Below, in pieces: positions 56,883 through 63,984 of a stretch of DNA of 63,984 nt; the stretch's first letter is position 1; every line of letters starts with the position of its first letter. Below the pieces are notes generated by a model, which was not told where the DNA came from, searched no databases, and saw only the letters and a program-made list of their open reading frames with translations. The position numbers and the translations under genes are program-made. The stretch comes from Burkholderiales bacterium (GTDB taxonomy: Bacteria > Pseudomonadota > Gammaproteobacteria > Burkholderiales > SG8-41), in the NCBI GenBank assembly GCA_035525455.1, contig DATLEF010000209.1, forward strand, positions 1 through 63,984. The letters run 5' to 3'.

Positions 56883-59156
56883 ATGATTGCCCAGGAACTC
56901 GAAGTCAGTCTGCACATGGCGTTCATGGAAGCGCGCCAGAAGCGCCACGAATTCATTACCGTGGAGCATCTGCTGCTCGCTTTGCTCGATAACCCGTCGG
57001 CTTCCGAAGTGCTCCGCGCCTGCGCCGCCGATATCGACGAGCTGCGGAAGCTCCTTTCCGACTTCGTCACCGAGCACACGCCCATCCTGGCCGGAGACGA
57101 CGTCGACACCCAGCCCACGCTTGGATTTCAGCGCGTCATACAGCGCGCGATCCTGCACGTTCAGTCCTCGGGCAAGAAGGAAGTCACGGGCGCCAACGTG
57201 CTCGTTGCAATTTTCGGCGAAAAAGACTCGCATGCCGTTTATTTCCTGCACCAAAAAGGCGTAACCCGGCTCGACGTCGTGAACTTCATTTCGCACGGCA
57301 TCAGCAAAGTGCCGCAGGCGCAGCAGGCGAAGACCGAGAACGATTCGGAAACCGAGCACGAAGCGCAGCCTGGAGGCGCGCTCGAAAACTACACGCTCAA
57401 CCTCAACGCGCTGGCGCTTTCCGGCAAGATCGATCCGCTCATCGGCCGTGAAAAAGAGCTCGAGCGCGTGGTGCAGACCCTCTGCCGTCGTCGCAAGAAC
57501 AATCCATTACTCGTCGGTGAGGCGGGCGTGGGCAAAACTGCCATCGCAGAAGGCCTCGCGCGGCGCATCGTCGAAGGCAGCGTTCCGGACATACTCAAGA
57601 AGAGCAACGTGTACGCGCTCGACATGGGGGCGCTCCTCGCGGGCACGAAATACCGCGGTGACTTCGAACAGCGCCTGAAGTCCGTGCTAAAGCAGCTCGT
57701 CGACAATCCTCATGCGATTCTGTTCATCGATGAAATTCATACGCTGATCGGCGCTGGCGCCGCATCCGGAGGCACGCTGGACGCGTCCAACCTGCTCAAG
57801 CCGGCCTTGTCGACGGGGCAGCTGAAATGCATCGGTGCGACCACCTATCAGGAATATCGCGGCGTTTTCGAAAAGGACCACGCGCTCTCACGCCGCTTCC
57901 AGAAAATAGACGTCATCGAGCCGACGGTCGCGGAGACGGTCCTGATACTCAAAGGACTCAAATCGCGCTTCGAAGCCCATCACGGCGTGAAGTATCAGCC
58001 TTCTGCGCTTGCGGCTGCTGCTGAGCTCTCCGCGCGTTTCATCAATGACCGCCATCTGCCGGACAAGGCGATCGACGTCATAGACGAGGCGGGGGCCGCG
58101 CAGAAGATACTGCCGAAATCGAAGCAGAAGCGCGTCATCAGCAAGCACGAGATCGAAGAGATCATCGCGAAGATCACCCGGATCCCCGCGCAGACCGTGT
58201 CGAGCGACGATCGTAATGCGCTGAAGAATCTCGATCGCGACCTGAAAGCCGTGGTTTTTGGCCAGGACAAAGCGATCGATGCATTGTCGGCCGCCATCAA
58301 GATGGCGCGCAGTGGGCTCGGCAATCCGCAGAAACCGATCGGCTGTTTTCTTTTCAGCGGTCCCACCGGTGTCGGCAAGACTGAGGTCGCTCGCCAGCTT
58401 GCCTACACCATGGGCGTCGAGCTGATCCGGTTCGACATGTCCGAGTACATGGAGCGCCATGCAGTGTCGCGCTTGATCGGCGCGCCGCCCGGATACGTCG
58501 GCTTCGATCAGGGCGGGCTGCTGACCGAGCAGATCACCAAACACCCCTATTCGGTCCTGCTCCTCGACGAAATCGAGAAGGCGCATCCGGATATCTTCAA
58601 TATCCTGCTGCAGGTCATGGATCACGGCACGCTTACGGACAACAACGGTCGCAAGGCCGACTTCCGCAACATCGCGATCGTCATGACGACCAATGCGGGC
58701 GCGTCGGAGCTTTCGAAGACATCGATGGGCTTTACCGCAAGCAAGCAGGCCGGTGACGAAATGGGCGAGATCAAACGGCTGTTCACGCCGGAGTTCCGCA
58801 ATCGCCTCGATGCGACGATTTCGTTCCAGGCGCTGGACAAGGAAATCATTCTGCGCGTCGTCGACAAGTTCCTCATGCAGCTCGAAGACCAGCTGCACGA
58901 GAAGAAAGTCGAGATCCTGTTTACGCAGCCGCTCAAAGAGCATCTCGCGAAGACGGGCTTCGACCCGCTAATGGGCGCGCGGCCGATGGCGCGGCTTATC
59001 CAGGATACGATACGCCGTGCGCTGGCCGACGAGCTGCTTTTCGGTCGTCTCGCGAATGGGGGCAAGGTCACCATAGACGTGGACGAGGAGGACAAAGTGC
59101 GTCTCGTCTTCATCGAGGAGCCCGCAGGCGTCCCCTCTACGACTGTAACCCCGTAG
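56883..59156 (+). CDS. clpA: ATP-dependent Clp protease ATP-binding subunit ClpA
   Basis: 757 aa; two AAA+ modules (GEAGVGKTA, GPTGVGKTE). It follows clpS. Confidence 0.97.
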   Translation: MIAQELEVSLHMAFMEARQKRHEFITVEHLLLALLDNPSASEVLRACAADIDELRKLLSDFVTEHTPILAGDDVDTQPTLGFQRVIQRAILHVQSSGKKEVTGANVLVAIFGEKDSHAVYFLHQKGVTRLDVVNFISHGISKVPQAQQAKTENDSETEHEAQPGGALENYTLNLNALALSGKIDPLIGREKELERVVQTLCRRRKNNPLLVGEAGVGKTAIAEGLARRIVEGSVPDILKKSNVYALDMGALLAGTKYRGDFEQRLKSVLKQLVDNPHAILFIDEIHTLIGAGAASGGTLDASNLLKPALSTGQLKCIGATTYQEYRGVFEKDHALSRRFQKIDVIEPTVAETVLILKGLKSRFEAHHGVKYQPSALAAAAELSARFINDRHLPDKAIDVIDEAGAAQKILPKSKQKRVISKHEIEEIIAKITRIPAQTVSSDDRNALKNLDRDLKAVVFGQDKAIDALSAAIKMARSGLGNPQKPIGCFLFSGPTGVGKTEVARQLAYTMGVELIRFDMSEYMERHAVSRLIGAPPGYVGFDQGGLLTEQITKHPYSVLLLDEIEKAHPDIFNILLQVMDHGTLTDNNGRKADFRNIAIVMTTNAGASELSKTSMGFTASKQAGDEMGEIKRLFTPEFRNRLDATISFQALDKEIILRVVDKFLMQLEDQLHEKKVEILFTQPLKEHLAKTGFDPLMGARPMARLIQDTIRRALADELLFGRLANGGKVTIDVDEEDKVRLVFIEEPAGVPSTTVTP

Positions 59157-59171
59157 CACAGCAGCATAAGC

Positions 59172-59210
59172 AAAGCCCCGCCCGGTCTGATGACCCGGCG
59201 GGGCTTTCGT
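59172..59210 (+). terminator. Intrinsic terminator after clpA
   Basis: aaagccccgcccggtc tgat gacccggcggggcttt (one mismatch), followed by TTTCGTT. Confidence 0.6.
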
Positions 59211-59244
59211 TATAATGCTCTCGCTGCGTCACCGGGGAAAACGC

Positions 59245-59595
59245 ATGAACCTGTCCATTCCGCAGGCGTTTGGTTTTTCCGCTCTCTGCTCATTCGGCTT
59301 GGTGTTCTCCGCCGCCGCCCAGGATTCGAACGCGGGGCGCAATCTCGCCGCCAACTGCTTTACCTGTCACGGCACCAACGGCAACAGCGCCGGCGGTGTC
59401 CCGCCGAGCCTGGCAGGCCGTGCGCACGCCGAGCTCTTTCAGACGATGAAGGACTTCCAGTCCGGCAGTCGGCCCGCCACGATCATGCATCAGCAGGCGA
59501 AAGGCTATAACGACGAGCAGCTGCAGCTCATCGCTGCTTATTTTGCCGCGCAGAAACCGGCGCCTGCGCGCGTGCCGCCCAAAGCCTCAAACTGA
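59245..59595 (+). CDS. fccA: Monohaem c-type cytochrome, flavocytochrome c sulfide dehydrogenase small subunit (FccA/SoxE-like)
   Basis: ATG at 59245; signal peptide; CFTCHG haem site. It lies directly upstream of fccB. Confidence 0.75.
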   Translation: MNLSIPQAFGFSALCSFGLVFSAAAQDSNAGRNLAANCFTCHGTNGNSAGGVPPSLAGRAHAELFQTMKDFQSGSRPATIMHQQAKGYNDEQLQLIAAYFAAQKPAPARVPPKASN

Positions 59596-59605
59596 GGAGC
59601 ATGAA

Positions 59606-60904
59606 ATGCCCTTCTCCCGACGCGAATTCCTGAAGTGGATTTCGGCGAGTGCCGGCGCGACCGCGCTTGGCGGTTGCGAATCCCCTGGCGCGCCGCGCAC
59701 TGCGGTCGATGCACCCGCGCGCGCTGCTGCACGAGTCGTGGTCATCGGCGGCGGCTATGGCGGCGCCACTGCGGCCAAATACGTGAAGATGTGGGCGCCG
59801 GATGTCGACGTCGTGCTGGTCGAGCGTAGCACGCGATTTATTTCGTGCCCCATCAGCAACCTCGTGCTCGCCGGTAACACGACCATGCAGGAGATCACCA
59901 TGGGTTACGACGCGCTGCGGGCACGCGGCGTGCGCGTAATCCACGACGACGCGAGTGCCATCGATGCAGATCGGCGCCAAGTCCGACTGGCGAGCGGTGT
60001 TGTCCTCTCGTACGATCGCGCGATCGTGTCGCCCGGAGTCGACTTCATGTACGACCAGATTCCGGGTTTACGCAGTGCCGAGGCCCAGCAGCGCATCCTG
60101 CACGCGTGGAAAGCGGGTGAGCAGACGATTGCGCTCCGCAAGCAACTCGAAGCGATGCCGGACGGCGGCGTCTATGTGCTGCAGATTCCAGTGGCGCCCT
60201 ATCGCTGCCCGCCCGGGCCATACGAGCGCGTCTGTCAGGTTGCCGATTATTTCAAGCGCGCGAAGGCGCGCTCGAAAATTATCGTCCTTGATGCGAATCC
60301 CGACATCGTGTCGAAGAAAGGCCTCTTTCTCCAGGAATGGAACGGCGCGTACAAAGGCATGATCGAGTACCGGCCGAACAGCGAGCTCGCCGACATCGAC
60401 GTGCGAGGCATGACGGTGAAGCTCCAGTTCGAGGACGTGAAAGGCACAGTCATCAACGTTGTCCCGCCGCATCGCGCGGGCGACATCGCTCAAAAGAGCG
60501 GTCTTATCACCGCGAATCAGCGCTGGTGTGGTGTGGATTGGCTCACCGCCGAATCAGTCGCAGTCAAGAATGTCCACGTCATCGGAGATTCGACGCTATC
60601 GGCCTCGGCGATGCCGAAATCGGCGAGCATGGCGAACCAGCACGGCAAGCTTTGCGCGGCCAGTGTGGTCGCGCTGCTCAAAGGCGAGCCGGTGAATCCG
60701 AACCCGGTCATCATGAATACGTGCTACAGCTTCGTGAGCCGCAACAGCGCGATGCACGTCGCGTCAGTCCATCAATACGACGCGAAGGAAAAAACGCTGT
60801 TGCCCGTCAAAGGCGCCGGTGGCGTTTCCGACAAGGCCTCGGAGATCGAAGGTTCTTACGCGTGGGGTTGGGCAAGAAACATCTGGGCGGATGCGCTCGC
60901 CTGA
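59606..60904 (+). CDS. fccB: Flavocytochrome c sulfide dehydrogenase flavoprotein subunit (FccB/SoxF)
   Basis: Tat signal MPFSRREFLKWISASAG. VVVIGGGYGGATAAKY (FAD), the CPISN and YRCPPGPYER redox Cys motifs, and VHVIGDS. Confidence 0.85.
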   Translation: MPFSRREFLKWISASAGATALGGCESPGAPRTAVDAPARAAARVVVIGGGYGGATAAKYVKMWAPDVDVVLVERSTRFISCPISNLVLAGNTTMQEITMGYDALRARGVRVIHDDASAIDADRRQVRLASGVVLSYDRAIVSPGVDFMYDQIPGLRSAEAQQRILHAWKAGEQTIALRKQLEAMPDGGVYVLQIPVAPYRCPPGPYERVCQVADYFKRAKARSKIIVLDANPDIVSKKGLFLQEWNGAYKGMIEYRPNSELADIDVRGMTVKLQFEDVKGTVINVVPPHRAGDIAQKSGLITANQRWCGVDWLTAESVAVKNVHVIGDSTLSASAMPKSASMANQHGKLCAASVVALLKGEPVNPNPVIMNTCYSFVSRNSAMHVASVHQYDAKEKTLLPVKGAGGVSDKASEIEGSYAWGWARNIWADALA

Positions 60905-60946
60905 TCAGTCTGCAGCAAAACGCGCTCAATCGTTAGAGAGGTGTCG

Positions 60947-61405
60947 TTAGCGTGCACTGCGGGCGCCGATGGCGAGTCGATTGGCGTTTGCGCGATGCAT
61001 CAAGGCGAGCGGCGGAGCGGTGACGGGAAGCTCATCGGACGCCGGGCAAACCTCATCGGCGCCATCCTCGTCCGCCCGGGACTCCCGGACGTTCTCGAGA
61101 AGACCCAGCTTGCGTGCAGTGATCGCTGCCTGTACACGACTCTCGACGTTCAGCTCTCTCAGGATGCAGCTGATGTGCGTCTTTACGGTTCCGGCGCAGA
61201 TATTCAGTGTCCGGCATATGAGCTTGTTCGGCATTCCCTCGCACAGCAATTCGAGCACGTCGCGCTGGCGCGGCGTGAGGTAAGCCTGACGTGCCGGGCC
61301 TGGCCCGCGGCCCCCGTCCACTGCGATCGACATGGCACGGTCTCTGAGCTCGACGGATGCCAACTGCAAAACCGAAACGGCGTTCACTGAAGGGGCTGAT
61401 CTCAT
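60947..61405 (-). CDS. LuxR/GerE-type HTH regulator without a receiver domain
   Basis: LTPRQRDVLELLCEGMPNKLICRTLNICAGTVKTHISCILRELNVESRVQAAI. An unusual ~55-aa extension follows the HTH. The start is uncertain (61405 or 61333). Confidence 0.7.
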   Translation of the reverse strand: MRSAPSVNAVSVLQLASVELRDRAMSIAVDGGRGPGPARQAYLTPRQRDVLELLCEGMPNKLICRTLNICAGTVKTHISCILRELNVESRVQAAITARKLGLLENVRESRADEDGADEVCPASDELPVTAPPLALMHRANANRLAIGARSAR

Positions 61406-61493
61406 TTGGTTCTCCTTATGAGTACCTGTAGAGAGTCAATCTACAAGTCCGCGCGATCACGGTAAGTGCGCAAAGGCACGCCCCTCGCGACAT

Positions 61494-61793
61494 TCATTCG
61501 TTCAAAAGCCGGCGACGGCGCGCCTCCAGAACAGCCTGGAGCCTGCTGTTGACGCCCAACTCGCGCAGGATGTTGCTGACGTGGACTTTGACGGTGCCGG
61601 TGGAAACACTCAGGCGCCGGCAAATGATCTTGTTCGACAGCCCTTCGCACAACAGTGCCAGCACTTCCAGTTGCCGCGGCGTCAGATGGACTGCCGCACC
61701 GTCTCCGCGGCGTGGCGCCGGGTGGTTCAGTGCACTAGTGGCAGTCGCGTTCTGCATATCCCGGTCCTTGCTGGGACTATTGGCTCGCTGCAT
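61494..61793 (-). CDS. LuxR/GerE-type HTH regulator (99 aa, paralogue of the upstream gene)
   Basis: LTPRQLEVLALLCEGLSNKIICRRLSVSTGTVKVHVSNILRELGVNSRLQAVL. Confidence 0.75.
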   Translation of the reverse strand: MQRANSPSKDRDMQNATATSALNHPAPRRGDGAAVHLTPRQLEVLALLCEGLSNKIICRRLSVSTGTVKVHVSNILRELGVNSRLQAVLEARRRRLLNE

Positions 61794-61922
61794 CGTCAGT
61801 CACCATTGCCGCTCCATATGGCAGCTAATCTAGTGACGCGCGGCAGACTGCACAGTGCGCAAAGGCACCGCCGTAGCGCGACGGTTTCCCGCGCGGCGGA
61901 ATATGCTGCACAATGTTTCGCG

Positions 61923-62657
61923 ATGCCCAATTCACAAACCATGACACGGGGCGGCGACGTGCGATCGTCGATTCTGGGCTTGCGCACTGTCAGTCTGCTG
62001 GCCGGTCTTGAGACCGAGGCGCTGGAGGAGTTGGCGCAACAGAGCACGTGGCGTCGCTACGTAGCAGGCCAGCGCGTGATTTCCCGGGAAGCACAGGATC
62101 AGGATGTCTACATCATTGTGTCGGGGAAAGTGAGGATCACCGCGTTCTCTGCCGCCGGACGCCAGGTTACCTATCGAGATATTGTGGCCGGCGACTGTTT
62201 CGGAGAGCTCTCCGCGATCGATGGCCGGTCCCGCTCCGCAGACGTGGATGCGCTGGAGGACACGCTACTGGCATCGATAAGCCCCGCCGTCTTCAAACGA
62301 TTGATTCATCGGCACGCGGTGGTGTGCGATCGGGTGCTCGATCGCTTCGTCGGCCTGGTGCGCGATCTGTCGGATCGTATCTTCGAGTTCAGCACGTTAG
62401 GGGTTCAAAACCGGGTTCATGCAGAGCTTCTACGCCTCGCGAAGCAGGCCGGTGTGCAGGGTAATCGGGCTCGGTTGGATCCCGCGCCGAAGCACTCCGA
62501 CATCGCCAGCCGGGTTAGTACTTACCGGGAGCAGGTTACCCGGGAGCTCTCGGGCCTGGCAAAGCAGGGCCTGACTCAGCGCGACGGCCGCGCCTTGGTG
62601 GTTTGCGATGTCCGGCGGCTTGAAAGCATCGTTAACGCCGTCCGGCGTTCGACATAG
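61923..62657 (+). CDS. Crp/Fnr family transcriptional regulator
   Basis: cNMP-binding fold (GDCFGELSAIDGRSRSADV) and a C-terminal HTH (HSDIASRVSTYREQVTRELSGLAKQGL). Start at ATG 61923 or 61941. Confidence 0.85.
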   Translation: MPNSQTMTRGGDVRSSILGLRTVSLLAGLETEALEELAQQSTWRRYVAGQRVISREAQDQDVYIIVSGKVRITAFSAAGRQVTYRDIVAGDCFGELSAIDGRSRSADVDALEDTLLASISPAVFKRLIHRHAVVCDRVLDRFVGLVRDLSDRIFEFSTLGVQNRVHAELLRLAKQAGVQGNRARLDPAPKHSDIASRVSTYREQVTRELSGLAKQGLTQRDGRALVVCDVRRLESIVNAVRRST

Positions 62658-62857
62658 GTCTTTGGTAGTAAATCGATCCGCCGCAGTGCGTTTACGCACA
62701 TACGCGATTCCCCCCGGGGCCCTAGCCTTGGCTTACCCTGACATACGGATCGTGGCGCGCCGCTCAGGCATCAGCCCGGCTGTTCGCGCGACTTCAAACA
62801 GTTTTGAGCCTATCGACTGCAAGGCTTGGCGCAACAAAGCGGCCTGCCGTTTCGACC

Positions 62858-63984
62858 ATGCCGTCGAGTGAATCCGCCGGCTTGCGCGGATCGCTTTTCC
62901 GTAAATACGTCGCCTATTTCGTAGCGCTCGTGAGTACGGCGCTGATCGGCAGCGGTCTCGTCGGCTTCTACTACACCTATGAGGAAAGCAAGACGGCCCG
63001 CCTCAATCTGCAGCTCGAAAAAGCAGACGCGGCCGCCTCCAGGATCGAAGCTTTCATCAGGGAAATCGAGCATCAGCTCGGCTGGATGAGACTGCCGCAG
63101 GCCGGTCCGGTCACGCCGGAGCATCGGCGCCTCGACTATCTCAAACTGTTGCGGCAGGTGCCGTCGATTTCCGATGCCAGTCTGCTGGATGCCGGCGGCC
63201 GGGAGCAGCTTCGGGTGTCGCGCGTCGCCATGAATGTCGTGGGCAGCGGCGACGATTATTCGGCGAGTCCGAAATTCACCGAGACGCGACAGGCGGAGAC
63301 GTACTTCAGCCCGGTCTATTTCCGCAGAGAGACCGAGCCTTACATGACCATATCCGTGCGGAGCGACACCGACGAAGTGACAGTAGCGGAAGTCAATCTC
63401 AAGTTCATCCTGGAGGTTATTTCCCGCATCAAGGTCGGCCGCAACGGCTTTGCATATCTGGTGGATGGGAAAGGTCACCTCATCGCACATCCGGACATCA
63501 GCCTGGTGCTTAAGAAAACGGACCTTTCTCCGCTGGGTCACGTGCGAGCCGCGCTGGACGGGCAGAAGGCTGATGGCGTCGAACGCGTGATGATATCGAG
63601 GAACGTTCAGGGAGCCGACGCGCTTCTTGCCTATGCGCCCGTAGCGCCGCTCGGGTGGGTGGTCTTCGTGGAACAGCCGCTCGCCGAAGCATTCGCTCCG
63701 CTGTACTCCTCGCTGCTGCGCACCGGACTGCTCCTGCTGGCCGGCCTCGGGCTGGCCGTTACCGGAAGCCTTTTTCTCGCCAGACACATGGTCATGCCAA
63801 TACGCGCGATTCAGGCGGGTGCCGCGCGGATTGCCGCGGGCAAGCTCGACCAGAGCATAAGCGTGCACACCGGCGACGAGCTGGAATCGCTCGCGGGCGA
63901 ATTCAACGACATGGCGAAGCAGCTTCGCGAGTACTACGCCGGCCTCGAGCGCAAGGTGGACGAGCGCACGCGCGATCTCACCGA
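62858..63984 (+). CDS. Membrane sensor with a Cache-like periplasmic domain and HAMP domain (partial; runs off the 3' edge)
   Basis: Not in the ORF track because there is no stop in the window. Manual translation from ATG 62858 is open to the end: TM1 (YVAYFVALVSTALIGSGLVGFYY), GFAYLVDGKGHLIAHPD (Cache-like), TM2, then HAMP (PIRAIQAGAARIAAGKLDQSISVHTGDELESLAGEFNDMAKQL). Confidence 0.8.
   Translation, partial: MPSSESAGLRGSLFRKYVAYFVALVSTALIGSGLVGFYYTYEESKTARLNLQLEKADAAASRIEAFIREIEHQLGWMRLPQAGPVTPEHRRLDYLKLLRQVPSISDASLLDAGGREQLRVSRVAMNVVGSGDDYSASPKFTETRQAETYFSPVYFRRETEPYMTISVRSDTDEVTVAEVNLKFILEVISRIKVGRNGFAYLVDGKGHLIAHPDISLVLKKTDLSPLGHVRAALDGQKADGVERVMISRNVQGADALLAYAPVAPLGWVVFVEQPLAEAFAPLYSSLLRTGLLLLAGLGLAVTGSLFLARHMVMPIRAIQAGAARIAAGKLDQSISVHTGDELESLAGEFNDMAKQLREYYAGLERKVDERTRDLT

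Noticed and set aside
62810-63868. A 352-aa minus-strand ORF at the 3' end of the window.
   Set aside because: It is antisense to an open plus-strand frame from ATG 62858. That frame encodes a sensible TM-Cache-TM-HAMP sensor and is missing from the track only because it has no stop in the window. The minus-strand product is Arg/Gly/His-rich with no motifs.
1-63984. A scan for CRISPR arrays, IS elements, transposases, integrases, prophage genes and rRNA genes.
   Set aside because: None was found. The only repeats seen are the short in-frame tandem repeats in rplE and the FmdB-family gene. The only RNA gene recognised is tRNA-Sec.

Overview
This is a high-GC chromosomal window whose gene order looks betaproteobacterial (Burkholderiales-like). 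All calls rest on reading the sequence and remembered family motifs; no database search was possible.

Layout:
- 1-14.9 kb: a complete S10-spc-alpha ribosomal protein cluster, from the tuf 3' end and rpsJ through secY-infA-rpmJ-rpsM-rpsK-rpsD-rpoA-rplQ. rpmJ is absent from the ORF track.
- 14.9-46 kb: mostly housekeeping genes. These include an M15 peptidase, DUF488, GST, an ArsR/SRPBCC pair, glycerate kinase, uvrA, a YajR-like MFS gene plus ssb, FmdB-DUF502-aspS-nudB, nadA, EEP-clsB, an Atm1-type ABC exporter, a two-component system, pbpG, egtD, an amidase and a Bug-family binding protein.
- 52-64 kb: mnmA, rluE, cspA, clpSA, fccAB, two LuxR-type regulators, a Crp/Fnr regulator and a partial Cache/HAMP sensor.

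Main finding, at 46.1-51.8 kb on the minus strand: a selenocysteine-decoding locus.
- selA and selB are followed in the same orientation by a thioredoxin-reductase-like flavoprotein, a 61-aa ORF and tRNA-Sec (selC).
- No formate dehydrogenase gene is present in the window.
- Immediately upstream, two ORF-track fragments lie in the same frame, separated only by a TGA.
- Reading through that TGA gives a glutaredoxin-like domain with a U-S-S-C redox motif fused to a DinB-like domain.
- A candidate SECIS hairpin starts 15 nt after the TGA.
- I interpret this as a candidate selenoprotein with a possibly dedicated reductase.

Secondary observations:
- a secreted RNase Sa/barstar cassette inserted between aspS and nudB
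- an orphan strong intrinsic terminator in a 414-nt non-coding gap (candidate sRNA)
- two gene remnants (malate synthase and a DUF62 SAM hydrolase)
- an unassignable 458-aa protein
- an orphan egtD
- low-complexity extensions on several ribosomal proteins

No CRISPR array, transposase or integrase was seen.
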